From the IMG/VR virus record IMGVR_UViG_3300036770_004143, positions 124,001 through 188,000 of that record: a stretch of DNA of 64,000 nucleotides. One strand, written 5' to 3'. The position numbers and the translations under genes are program-made. Below, in pieces: positions 20,005-29,859 of this stretch; the stretch's first letter is position 1, and every line of letters starts with the position of its first letter. Under the pieces are notes generated by a model that did not search any database, was not told where the DNA came from, and saw only the letters and a program-made list of their open reading frames with translations.

Positions 20005-21054
20005 TTATTTAAATAAACTATCAAATTTTGGATAACCCCAACCATACCAATCATCACGACCAGGCTTACCTCCATCTGTAAGATTTTTTGTTAGATATTC
20101 TTTTAAGTCATTTTGGGTTTTAATTTCTGGGTTATATTTTAGCAATAGACCAACTGCAGCTGTGCCATGTGGTGTTGCCATAGATGTTCCATCCCAACTT
20201 ACATAAGAACCATTATCTTTAAAACAAGACCAAATCTGGACTCCTGGTGCAATACCTACCAAATTACTACCATATTGAGAAAAGGATGCTTTATTACCTC
20301 TAACATCATGAGCACCCCAAGAGATGACATTTGGTAATGCACCTGGGAATGACAATATTCCAGTTCCATTATTACCGGCAGCAGCATTAACAAATGCACC
20401 ATTATTCACAGCATCATTTATTGCACTTGTTATTGTCTTATTTTCAGTGGGTGCACCCCATGAGAAATTAAACACCAATAAATAATCTTTAAAGTTATCT
20501 TTCCATACATTCATTGCATGATTAATTGAATTAACCAAACTTTCTGTGGATCCGCCTCCATTACCACCCAAACCTTTTTGAGCCATAATTAAATCCCCAT
20601 GATTAACACCATTCACATAACCAACGCCTAATTTATATTGGGGGTGCTTACCTAATATAATACCAGCAACGTGATGACCATGTCCATGTCCATCATTTTG
20701 GTTAGAATCAGTTGTAAAGTCTTTGCAATATTTCTTATCCACAAATTGGTTGTCTGACGTTAATGCCGTATGAGTTGGATATGCCATTGTATCAATAACA
20801 CAATAAAGAATCTTACGTTTAAACTTCTCCCCTAATTTTAATTTATTATCAAGAAATTGACTTTGTAAAAAAACCCATCCCCAACTTGGTTGATTATTTA
20901 AGGATGATTCTGTTGATAAAGCCTGTATTTGGGTTGGGGGCAAATCAAGAATAACATCATTACCTTCTTCCAATGCTTTGAAATGTTTTGCAATTAAATC
21001 AAAATTAATTTTCTTTGCAAGAGCAACGTCTTTTGATGAAAAATTTAAATTCAT
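20005..21054 (-). CDS. S8 subtilisin-like serine protease
   Basis: VIDT, HGHHVAG, AAGN, GTSMATP. Confidence 0.92.
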   Translation of the reverse strand: MNLNFSSKDVALAKKINFDLIAKHFKALEEGNDVILDLPPTQIQALSTESSLNNQPSWGWVFLQSQFLDNKLKLGEKFKRKILYCVIDTMAYPTHTALTSDNQFVDKKYCKDFTTDSNQNDGHGHGHHVAGIILGKHPQYKLGVGYVNGVNHGDLIMAQKGLGGNGGGSTESLVNSINHAMNVWKDNFKDYLLVFNFSWGAPTENKTITSAINDAVNNGAFVNAAAGNNGTGILSFPGALPNVISWGAHDVRGNKASFSQYGSNLVGIAPGVQIWSCFKDNGSYVSWDGTSMATPHGTAAVGLLLKYNPEIKTQNDLKEYLTKNLTDGGKPGRDDWYGWGYPKFDSLFK

Positions 21055-21139
21055 ATAATTATATTTTTAGATAAATAGTATTTTTATTTATTTTTTTTGA
21101 ATAAATATATATTTATTGTATATAAATACAAATAACAAT

Positions 21140-21637
21140 ATGAGCATAAAGTTTAATATCACAAATGAAGATAAGATTAGAATTAAAAATCTTTATCTTA
21201 ATGAGAAATCAAAAGAAGAAAACAAGCGTTTTTGTCATAAGAAAAATATCAAATCATTAGAAGAAATTGTTGGTGAGGATGACCAAGATGATTATATTGA
21301 AGGTATTAAAATTAGAAAGTCTGGAATTAATTCATTGACTGATATGATTGAAACATTGAAAACAATGAGAACTAGACCTAACTTAACAGATAAAGGTGAA
21401 GACTTATGTTATAAAGTTTCAAATACAATTAACCAGTTTAAACCATATAATTACTTTGATGAAACAAGTAATCAATGTGTTTCTGCTATGGAAAAAATAA
21501 TTGAATTATACAAGGAAAATAAACATGGTGAGGAATTAGTTAAAGATTTAGAAAAAATATATAGTGATGAAAGTGTCTCACCAAGAGGTAGAGAATATAT
21601 TAAGCACTGTCTAGGTGTTATCAAAGGTAAGAACTAA
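21140..21637 (+). CDS. leader-bearing hypothetical protein
   Basis: MSIKFNITNEDKIRIKNLYLNE; TATTTAT at 21110. Confidence 0.7.
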   Translation: MSIKFNITNEDKIRIKNLYLNEKSKEENKRFCHKKNIKSLEEIVGEDDQDDYIEGIKIRKSGINSLTDMIETLKTMRTRPNLTDKGEDLCYKVSNTINQFKPYNYFDETSNQCVSAMEKIIELYKENKHGEELVKDLEKIYSDESVSPRGREYIKHCLGVIKGKN

Positions 21638-21828
21638 GTTCTTACCTTTTTTGTTTTGCTAACTTCTTTATTTAAGGCATCCTCATAAGCCTTTTTGTAT
21701 TTTGTAACAACTTCTATTGGTCCTCTAGTTGTTATTGCCTCATCATAATACCAGGTTGTTGTTGAATTCTCATCAACAAATACTCTTGTGTATTTCTTTG
21801 CTGTGTTGGTTGGGGTTTCTTTTTTCAT
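21634..21828 (-). CDS. small hypothetical protein
   Basis: 64 aa; promoter-like TATCTTTA upstream. Confidence 0.65.
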   Translation of the reverse strand: MKKETPTNTAKKYTRVFVDENSTTTWYYDEAITTRGPIEVVTKYKKAYEDALNKEVSKTKKVRT

Positions 21829-21858
21829 CTTTTTTTTTGTAAAGATAATGAAAAATAA

Positions 21859-22155
21859 TTAATGCTGGTTAGATTTTAATGTTTTATTTTCTTCTTCTAA
21901 AAACTGTACTTTAACAGTTAAAGCTGAAACTTGCTCAACTAATTTAAGGATTGTATCTCTCATTTGATCCTTTTCTTCTGAACTTTTTAATAATAGAACT
22001 TCTAATTTTGCAATTCTATCTCTACAATCTTCACGGATAAAATTATCCTCATTCCTTTTACGTTCTTCTCTTTTTTCATAAAACCTCCAAGCACTTGCTG
22101 AACCTAAAACTGTTATTGCTGTAATTAAAACAGTTGCTATTGTATTTTCATCCAT
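21859..22155 (-). CDS. single-TM coiled-coil protein (possible lysis accessory)
   Basis: N-terminal TM followed by heptad coiled coil; TATTTAT at 22172(-). Confidence 0.6.
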   Translation of the reverse strand: MDENTIATVLITAITVLGSASAWRFYEKREERKRNEDNFIREDCRDRIAKLEVLLLKSSEEKDQMRDTILKLVEQVSALTVKVQFLEEENKTLKSNQH

Positions 22156-22197
22156 TTATTTTTCTTTTATTATAAATATGCTAAATAGTGTAAATAG

Positions 22198-22230
22198 GAA
22201 AAGTTTGGGACACAAAATCCCAAACTTTTC
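22198..22230 (-). terminator. intrinsic terminator
   Basis: GAAAAGTTTGGGA-loop-TCCCAAACTTTTC. Confidence 0.7.
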
Positions 22231-22249
22231 AATAAAAAGCATTTACATC

Positions 22250-22915
22250 TTAAATAAAGATAATTTCCTTTGATTCTATATTATATTCTATATTAATTGG
22301 ATTGTTTGCTAACTTATAATTCTCCCCCAAGACAGCAGCATTGAAATACTGAACACCATCGGCATATTTCTCACCATAACCAGAATGGATATGACCAAAG
22401 CAATGTATTTTTGGTTTAACGACCTCAACACGTTTTGTTAATTCCTCACAACCAACATTGGCCCCAATAGGCAACACATCTAGTATGTATTTTGGTGGAC
22501 CATGTGTAATAAGGACATCCAGATTATTAGGTATTTTATCCCAGTAGTATTTTAAGTCCTTGCTTGTGTGCAAATTAAAAGCCCAGTTAAAAAATGCTGG
22601 TTGCCAAGGGGATCCATATACATTCAAACCATCTATATTCACAAAATGGTCAAATAAATAAACAACACCTTTGTCTTTATATTTTTGTTCAATATCAAAG
22701 GCTTTCTCAAACCAGAAATCATGATTACCAGCAATGAATATTTTGTGAGTGTAATTCAAATCTTGAAACCAATCTAAAAAATCAGTTATTTCATGCTCAT
22801 AACCCCGACCTGAAATATCTCCACTATGAATAATAACATCGCCACCAGGCAATAAGTTATTATCCGTTAATTCTTTGTGTTTGTTATGTGTGTCTGAAAT
22901 AAATGTTATTTTCAT
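22250..22915 (-). CDS. metallophosphoesterase (MPPED-like)
   Basis: ISDTH, HSGD, AGNHD, THGPP, FGHIH. Confidence 0.9.
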   Translation of the reverse strand: MKITFISDTHNKHKELTDNNLLPGGDVIIHSGDISGRGYEHEITDFLDWFQDLNYTHKIFIAGNHDFWFEKAFDIEQKYKDKGVVYLFDHFVNIDGLNVYGSPWQPAFFNWAFNLHTSKDLKYYWDKIPNNLDVLITHGPPKYILDVLPIGANVGCEELTKRVEVVKPKIHCFGHIHSGYGEKYADGVQYFNAAVLGENYKLANNPINIEYNIESKEIIFI

Positions 22916-22926
22916 TGTTTTTGTTT

Positions 22927-23277
22927 TTATGTCCACCAGGCTTTTACGCCATATTTTGCAATTTCTTTGTTCCCTTTAAATATCTCACATAATTCATTCC
23001 ATTCTTTTTCTTCTAAAGCCACTGCTTCTTTAACATCATTAGGGGTTTTTAAGTTTAAAAAATAATCATCATTTAGCTGATTTTCTAATAATTGAATAAA
23101 TCTTTTTAATTCTTGGATATTTTCTGAAGATGCCTCATTCTCAATATAAGACTTTAACATAAGTTCAGTTGATGCTTTCATATTTGCCAACATAAAAGTA
23201 TAATCCCAGTGTGCATAATTCCAAAATATGGGAATAAATTTAAAAAGTTTAATAAAAAATTCAAAAAGTTTGTTCAT
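22927..23277 (-). CDS. hypothetical protein
   Basis: 116 aa behind a TATATTTG promoter. Confidence 0.7.
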   Translation of the reverse strand: MNKLFEFFIKLFKFIPIFWNYAHWDYTFMLANMKASTELMLKSYIENEASSENIQELKRFIQLLENQLNDDYFLNLKTPNDVKEAVALEEKEWNELCEIFKGNKEIAKYGVKAWWT

Positions 23278-23317
23278 AGTGTTAATTGATTAGTTAGTTG
23301 ATAGTACAAATATAGTC

Positions 23318-23412
23318 AAAAAAATAGACCCAACAAGTTTTTTGTTAGGTCTCTTTGAAAGAAATCGGATATATAAAAAATTCCAAAGAAGAGGAATGAT
23401 TTTTAAAAATAA
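23318..23412 (-). ncRNA. candidate ~90-nt small RNA
   Basis: Apparently ORF-free unit between TATTTAT (23416-23422 -) and a hairpin + U-tract (23352-23318). Confidence 0.4.
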
Positions 23413-23446
23413 TCAATAAATATCATTACTTAAATAAAAATCCAAA

Positions 23447-25252
23447 CTATCTATCTTTTTTTATGAATATTTTTTTATAAAACTCTCCATTTCTTGTTAA
23501 GAAATACAACCCAGTTTCAAATATACTTTCCCCCTCATTTAAATTAAATGGTCCAATTCCTTCTAAGACCTTTTGACCCAGAAAATTAAATAAAGCCCAT
23601 CTATCAGATGGTAATATGCTAACATAAACATTGTTATCCCTATTAGTATTATGGATAACTCTATCAGTATATTTTTTATCTTCAATATTTGGACAAATTG
23701 TTATTGTGTCATTGATAATATAAACATTATTTACTTGAAATAAAGTATCAAAACCATTTAATATTCTAAAATTAATCTTATTAAGATAAGGTGATTTTGC
23801 ATTATGCTTCAATGTTAGAGTAAAACAAGAATCTGTTTTTAAACATATAATTGTATCAGTTGATAACTTTTTTACATTCTTATTATATTCAACAACTGTA
23901 ACACCATCTTGTTTTATACTATAATAAAAATCTTCAAAGAACTTATTCTTATCAATTTCTATTTTTATTTTTGAATATGTTGAATCATTTGCATTACAAT
24001 CTCTAGGTGCATCAACAAGTGGCAAACAAATGGCTTCTGAAATGTTTCTTCTTATTTTATTCCCAGGTTGTTCCCCAAACCCCCACTTATAGTTTATACC
24101 CACCTTTGGATTCAAATGACAATATGACATAATAGTTCCCTTTGTATCAGGAGTAACTTCTAACTCTGGACATTTTACTGGTCCAGACTGTTCAACAAAC
24201 CAACAACCATCTAAAGCAGTTCCATTACCATTCCACCAACAAGCATGAGTGTGGGGTGAACCAAGTAAATGACCAATTTCATGGGTCATTACTGTTGTAT
24301 TCCAAGAATAGTTTGGAAATACACCTGTTTCCATATCCAAGCCAGAATAACTTGTTCTCCATTTTGCAATATCACAAAGAGAATGAAGAAAAGCAACACC
24401 TAATCCACTTCTTAAAGAAACTAATTGTCCAAATGTTTCAGGTAATTGATCCTCAGATTTAAATTGGTTGGCAAAGGAATATAACATATTAACTCCATCA
24501 TAATTATAACCACTTGGCCTATCCCATAATTTAAACCTTGCAATTTTAATGTTAACCCCCTCTTTTAAATAAATTAAATGAGTTTGTGCAAATATGTTTT
24601 CAATAAATTTAATAACTTCTTTTCCTGACCCAAGTTTTTCAATCATATCATAATCTGCCTCAAAATACATTGTTATGACTTTGATTTTATTTGATTTTTC
24701 TTGTACATACTCAAACATTGGGGTTTCCTTAAAAAACTCTTCCTCATTTGGTAAAACACATTTAAATTCTTTTGTTTGTTTCACATCTAATTCATGCCAA
24801 ACACCATGAAACCCCTTCTCTACTGGACCAAAAATCCAACCTTCACCATCACCCATAATATAGGTCTGAAAGCTATTATCATTGATTACAATAGATGCAA
24901 ATCCGCTATCATTACCTTGAACCTTTCCAGAATAAATAAGCGATTGTGGTTCATATATAGTATTACATTCAGAATATATTTTGGGGTTATCCACATATAT
25001 TTCCATTTTGGTTAAGTTAAGGATTTTAACACCCTCTGGTGTTGGCAATTGTATTGTTAGAGAATCCAAATCATTATTTATGATTTCCCTAATAATATTT
25101 TTGTTCAATATGAGGGGGGTTGCATAATTGTGTGATGTTGTTCTCAACTCCTTTGAATTTGTTTCAAAGAAAATGGATATAGGTTTATTATTCTGTGAGA
25201 ATAATGAGAATGTTAATATTGAATAAATCAATATTAATTTTAATTTTTTCAT
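23447..25252 (-). CDS. secreted M12/reprolysin-like zinc metalloprotease with T9SS-like C-terminal tail
   Basis: Signal peptide, prodomain, HEIGHLLGSPH, Met-turn TIMSY, FNFLGQKV...GLYFL...KKIFIK tail. Confidence 0.85.
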   Translation of the reverse strand: MKKLKLILIYSILTFSLFSQNNKPISIFFETNSKELRTTSHNYATPLILNKNIIREIINNDLDSLTIQLPTPEGVKILNLTKMEIYVDNPKIYSECNTIYEPQSLIYSGKVQGNDSGFASIVINDNSFQTYIMGDGEGWIFGPVEKGFHGVWHELDVKQTKEFKCVLPNEEEFFKETPMFEYVQEKSNKIKVITMYFEADYDMIEKLGSGKEVIKFIENIFAQTHLIYLKEGVNIKIARFKLWDRPSGYNYDGVNMLYSFANQFKSEDQLPETFGQLVSLRSGLGVAFLHSLCDIAKWRTSYSGLDMETGVFPNYSWNTTVMTHEIGHLLGSPHTHACWWNGNGTALDGCWFVEQSGPVKCPELEVTPDTKGTIMSYCHLNPKVGINYKWGFGEQPGNKIRRNISEAICLPLVDAPRDCNANDSTYSKIKIEIDKNKFFEDFYYSIKQDGVTVVEYNKNVKKLSTDTIICLKTDSCFTLTLKHNAKSPYLNKINFRILNGFDTLFQVNNVYIINDTITICPNIEDKKYTDRVIHNTNRDNNVYVSILPSDRWALFNFLGQKVLEGIGPFNLNEGESIFETGLYFLTRNGEFYKKIFIKKDR

Positions 25253-25256
25253 TTTT

Positions 25257-25883
25257 TTAATTTAGTTTTTTATAAAATTTATTGAAATAGGAAATCCTTG
25301 AATCTAACCCGTGTGTTCCACCATTTACTCTTTTTGTAATTCTTGTAATAATATCTCTTGTTGCACCAAGATCTGCAATCTCATTCAATTTGTTTTTATC
25401 AAAAAACCAACCAGCAGATGCCAATGGATATGTTGTTGCAACTAAATCTGGATTGCCAATTATATCAACATCCATACCTGCCTCATTTAATGATTTATTA
25501 AATAATAAGTAATTATTTTTACCAGTCAATTGTATGTAACCCCTACCTCTGTATTTATACCCTTCAATGCTATCTTCATCACCATTTCCCATTCTATTTG
25601 CATAAACAAGACTTGCAATCTTGGATGGTTTCCTTTCATATAACAATGCTTTTGCGTGTGTGGTAAAATACTTGCCAAAAACCTCTTGTAATCTTTTTGC
25701 TGAATAGTTTAAATTCTCTTGTACAGCAGTAAAATTTCCTGATTCATGAGCGCATTGTGCTAAGAAATGTGCTAACCTTAATTGTGTGTTTATATCATAT
25801 TTTTCATAGATTAAATCAATCTGATTGATGATTGATTCTGGAATAATTCCAATTAATTTTTGCTTGGCACTTGACTGATCCAT
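25257..25883 (-). CDS. GH19 chitinase-like endolysin
   Basis: AHFLAQCAHES, ENLNYS, YRGRGYIQLTG, TKRVNGG. Confidence 0.92.
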   Translation of the reverse strand: MDQSSAKQKLIGIIPESIINQIDLIYEKYDINTQLRLAHFLAQCAHESGNFTAVQENLNYSAKRLQEVFGKYFTTHAKALLYERKPSKIASLVYANRMGNGDEDSIEGYKYRGRGYIQLTGKNNYLLFNKSLNEAGMDVDIIGNPDLVATTYPLASAGWFFDKNKLNEIADLGATRDIITRITKRVNGGTHGLDSRISYFNKFYKKLN

Positions 25884-25959
25884 AATATTTTTATATTTTT
25901 GTTATATATTAGTTATTATTGTATAAATACTGTATTTATTGTTATAAATTATAACAAAT

Positions 25960-26580
25960 ATGGATAATATTACAAAATTAATTAAAGAGAATTTAGAAAA
26001 ATTCACTAATAGAACATTGGTATTAAAGAAAAATGTAAATATATCAGAAGAACTTGAATACCATATTAATGAAAACTTAACATTAACTAATAATGTTTTT
26101 ATGGTTTATTCCAAAAAATACTTTGACTTGATTAATGAGGTTAGAGATTTATGGATGAGAGATTTAATCCAACTAAATGAAGAAGATGAACAAATGGTAA
26201 TGTCAGATACTGGCAAAGTTGCATTATTTGAAGGTGAAATGGTTTATCTTGATGCACCTGTACTTGAAAGTGATGATTTTGATTTCTTAAATGAGGCTGA
26301 ACATAGGGGTAAAAAAGTTAATATAGGAAAACCATTTAGAACTCCTGGTGGACCAAAGAAATTTGCAGTTTATGTTAAAACACCAGGTGGGGGCGTTAAA
26401 AAGGTTACATTTGGTGATCCAAATTTAAAGGTGAGAAATAAAAACAAAGGTGCAGCCAAATCATTTAGAGCAAGACATAAGTGTGACCAAAAGAAAGATA
26501 GAACCACAGCAGGATACTGGTCATGTAATGTGGGCAGATATTCAAAACAACTTGGATTAAAATCTTCAAATAGTTGGTAA
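25960..26580 (+). CDS. leader-bearing phage protein with basic C-terminal domain
   Basis: KKVTFGDP...SFRARHKC...AGYWSC; first gene of the LRR operon; TATTTAT at 25933. Confidence 0.75.
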   Translation: MDNITKLIKENLEKFTNRTLVLKKNVNISEELEYHINENLTLTNNVFMVYSKKYFDLINEVRDLWMRDLIQLNEEDEQMVMSDTGKVALFEGEMVYLDAPVLESDDFDFLNEAEHRGKKVNIGKPFRTPGGPKKFAVYVKTPGGGVKKVTFGDPNLKVRNKNKGAAKSFRARHKCDQKKDRTTAGYWSCNVGRYSKQLGLKSSNSW

Positions 26581-27170
26581 TGGAAAAAGAAGCATTAAAA
26601 AGAATATTTGATTTTCTTGAAGAAAAAGGAGAACATAGGGGTCCATTATTTTGGAAGCATAAAAATAATATACCATTAACAGATGAAGAATTAAATATTG
26701 AAGGTAATTTGGATTTAAGTGATACAAATATAACCTCTTTACCAAAAGGATTGAAAGTTGGTGGTGATTTGGATTTATCATTTTTAAACATAACCTCATT
26801 ACCAGATGGATTGAAAGTTGGTGGTTATTTAAATTTATCATATTCAAACATAACTTCATTACCAGATGAATTGAAAGTTGATGGTAATTTAGGGTTAGCT
26901 TTTTCGCCAATACAAACATTACCAAAAGGATTGAAAGTTGGTGGAACTTTGAATTTGAATAATTGTGATGATATAACCTCATTACCAGAAGGATTAAAAG
27001 TTGGGAAATGGTTCAGTTTATCCGGTTCTAAAATAACTTCCTTACCAAAAGGATTGGAAGTTGGTGATGATTTATTTATAAGTTGGACAACTTTAACCAA
27101 ATACACAGATGATGAATTAAAAAAAATGATTAAACCTGGATTTATAAAAGGTGAGATAGTAAGAAAATAA
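26580..27170 (+). CDS. capped leucine-rich-repeat protein LRR-1 (6 LPxGL-type units)
   Basis: 21-aa repeats; ATG overlaps the upstream TAA. Confidence 0.9.
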   Translation: MEKEALKRIFDFLEEKGEHRGPLFWKHKNNIPLTDEELNIEGNLDLSDTNITSLPKGLKVGGDLDLSFLNITSLPDGLKVGGYLNLSYSNITSLPDELKVDGNLGLAFSPIQTLPKGLKVGGTLNLNNCDDITSLPEGLKVGKWFSLSGSKITSLPKGLEVGDDLFISWTTLTKYTDDELKKMIKPGFIKGEIVRK

Positions 27171-27694
27171 TGAAAAAAGAAACCCTAAAAAGAATATTTG
27201 ATTTTCTTGAAGAAAAGGAAGGGAAATCATCTATTAAATGGAAATTAATTAATGATATACCATTAACAGAAGAAGACTTAAATTTTGAAGGTGATTTATT
27301 TTTAAGAAATTCAAAAATAACCTCATTACCAGAAGGTTTGAAAGTTGGGGGGACATTAAATTTATTCAAATCAAAAATAAAATCATTGCCAGAAGGATTG
27401 AAAGTTGGTGATGATTTGGATTTAAGTGAATCTGATATAGAGTTTTTACCAAAAGGATTGGAAGTTGGGGGTGATTTGTATTTACTTGATACACCCATAA
27501 CTTTTTTACCAGAAGGTTTGAAAGTTGGTGGTTATTTGGATATAAGAGATACAAAAATAACTTCCTTGCCAAAAGGATTGGAAGTTGGGGGTAATTTGTA
27601 TATCTATAGAACACCATTAAAAAAATACACAGATGAACAAATAAGAGAAATGATAAAATCTGGATTTATAAAAGGAAGAATATTTAGGCAATGA
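27170..27694 (+). CDS. LRR-2 (5 units)
   Basis: Same caps and repeats; TAATG coupling. Confidence 0.9.
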   Translation: MKKETLKRIFDFLEEKEGKSSIKWKLINDIPLTEEDLNFEGDLFLRNSKITSLPEGLKVGGTLNLFKSKIKSLPEGLKVGDDLDLSESDIEFLPKGLEVGGDLYLLDTPITFLPEGLKVGGYLDIRDTKITSLPKGLEVGGNLYIYRTPLKKYTDEQIREMIKSGFIKGRIFRQ

Positions 27695-28518
27695 ACAAAG
27701 AAATAGTAAAAAGAGTATTTGATTTTATTGAAAAAGAGGAAGGGCATAAAGTACCATTTTTATGGAAATTATTTAATAATATACCATTAACAAAAGAAGA
27801 TTTAATTGTTAAAGGGGATTTGAATTTAGAAGATTCAGAAATAACCTCATTACCAGAAGGCTTAACAATTGAAGGTGATTTCTTTTTTTATCATACACCT
27901 GTTGAACTACCAAAAGGGTTGAAAGTTGGTGGTAATTTATCTTTAATTGGTCCAAATGTAACCTCATTGCCAAAAGGATTGGAAGTTGGTGGTAGTTTGT
28001 TTGTATCAGATACAGAAATAACCTCACTACCAGAAGGATTGAAAGTTGGGGGTGATTTAGATTTAGCAGATACACAAATAACCTCATTACCAGAAGGATT
28101 TAAAGTTGGGGGTAATTTAAACTTATCACATTCAGAAATAACACGATTACCAAATGATTTGGAAGTCAATGGCAATTTGACTTTAAGTTTTTCAAATATA
28201 ACCACATTACCAAAAGGATTAAAAGTTGGAGGTGATATTAAGTTGTTGGGTTCAAAAATAAGATCCTTACCAGAAGGATTGAAAGTTGTGGGTCGGTTGG
28301 ATTTAAGAGATACCACTATAGGTTCATTACCAAAAGGCTTGGAAGTTGGTGAGAAATTAGCTTTAAATGATTGCAAAAAATTAACTTCATTACCAAAAGG
28401 ATTGAAAGTTGGGGGTGATTTAATTATAATTCGGACAAATTTAACCAAATACACAGATGATGAATTAAAAAAAATGATTGGTTCGGGTTTTATAAATGGT
28501 GAGATAATAAGAATATAA
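27691..28518 (+). CDS. LRR-3 (10 units)
   Basis: ATGA coupling. Confidence 0.9.
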   Translation: MNKEIVKRVFDFIEKEEGHKVPFLWKLFNNIPLTKEDLIVKGDLNLEDSEITSLPEGLTIEGDFFFYHTPVELPKGLKVGGNLSLIGPNVTSLPKGLEVGGSLFVSDTEITSLPEGLKVGGDLDLADTQITSLPEGFKVGGNLNLSHSEITRLPNDLEVNGNLTLSFSNITTLPKGLKVGGDIKLLGSKIRSLPEGLKVVGRLDLRDTTIGSLPKGLEVGEKLALNDCKKLTSLPKGLKVGGDLIIIRTNLTKYTDDELKKMIGSGFINGEIIRI

Positions 28519-28922
28519 TGGAAAAAGAAACATTAAAAAGAATATTTGAATTCCTTGAAGCAAAAGGAGAACAGAGAATACCATTCTTGTGGAAATGGAA
28601 AAATGAAATACCATTAACAGAAGAAGACTTAAATGTTCAAGGTGATTTGGATTTAAGTAATTCAAACATAACCTTATTGCCAGAAGGTTTGAAAGTTAGT
28701 GGTACTTTTGATTTAGGATATTCAAATATAACATCATTATCAGAAGGATTGAAAGTTGGTGATGATTTGTATTTAAGTAATTCAAACCTATCCTCATTAC
28801 CAAAAGGATTGGAAGTTGGGGGTTTTATATTTATATATAATACACCATTAACAGAATACACAAATAATGAATTAAGAGAAATGATTAAGCCTGGATTTAT
28901 AAAAGGAAGAATAATTAGATAA
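28518..28922 (+). CDS. LRR-4 (3 units)
   Basis: TAATG coupling. Confidence 0.9.
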   Translation: MEKETLKRIFEFLEAKGEQRIPFLWKWKNEIPLTEEDLNVQGDLDLSNSNITLLPEGLKVSGTFDLGYSNITSLSEGLKVGDDLYLSNSNLSSLPKGLEVGGFIFIYNTPLTEYTNNELREMIKPGFIKGRIIR

Positions 28923-29395
28923 TGAATATAGAACAACTAAAAAGAATATTTAATTTCCTTGAAGAAAAAGGAGAACAGAGAATACCATTCTTGTGGAAAT
29001 GGAAAAATGAAATACCATTAACTGAAGAAGACTTAAATGTTCAAGGGGACTTGGATTTTTCACAATCAGAAATAGAATCTTTACCAGAAGGATTAAAAAT
29101 TAGTGGTGATTTGGATTTATCCTACACATATATAAGGTCATTACCAAAAGGATTGAAAGTTGGTGGTCATTTGGATTTAACTGAAACAGATATAGAGTTT
29201 TTACCCAAAGGATTGGAAGTTGGGGGTGATTTAATATTAGATGGTTGTGCCAATATAAAAACCTTACCCAAAGGCTTGAAAGTTGGGGGTAATTTGGAAT
29301 TAACAGGTATAACATTAGGTGAAGATTATGATGATGATGAACTAAGAAAAATGATTAAACCTGGATTTATAAAAGGAAGAATTAATGCAGAATGA
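28922..29395 (+). CDS. LRR-5 (4 units)
   Basis: N-cap nearly identical to LRR-4. Confidence 0.9.
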   Translation: MNIEQLKRIFNFLEEKGEQRIPFLWKWKNEIPLTEEDLNVQGDLDFSQSEIESLPEGLKISGDLDLSYTYIRSLPKGLKVGGHLDLTETDIEFLPKGLEVGGDLILDGCANIKTLPKGLKVGGNLELTGITLGEDYDDDELRKMIKPGFIKGRINAE

Positions 29396-29859
29396 AAAAA
29401 GAAGTACTAAAAAGGATATTTGAGTTCCTTGAAGAGAAGGAAGGACATAATTTACCATTCTTATGGAAGTTGATGTCTAATGAACCATTAACAGAAGAAG
29501 AATTAAATGTTAAAGGTCATTTGACTTTAAGTAATAAAGGAATAGAAACATTACCAAAAGGATTGAAAGTTAGAGGTGATTTGGATTTGCAAGATTCCTC
29601 TATAAAATCATTACCAGAAGGATTGAAAGTTAGGGGTAATTTGATTTTAATTGATACACCCATAACTTTTTTACCAAAAGGGTTAGAAGTTGGCGGTTAT
29701 TTGGATATAAGATATACAAAAATAACCTCCTTACCAAAAGGATTGGAAGTTGGTGCTACTTTATATATTAAAAATACAGCATTATTAGAATACACAGATG
29801 AAGAATTAAAAGAAATGGTTAAACCTGGAATTTTAGCAAGAAGAATATATAGAGAATGA
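29392..29859 (+). CDS. LRR-6 (4 units)
   Basis: ATGA coupling. Confidence 0.9.
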   Translation: MKKEVLKRIFEFLEEKEGHNLPFLWKLMSNEPLTEEELNVKGHLTLSNKGIETLPKGLKVRGDLDLQDSSIKSLPEGLKVRGNLILIDTPITFLPKGLEVGGYLDIRYTKITSLPKGLEVGATLYIKNTALLEYTDEELKEMVKPGILARRIYRE

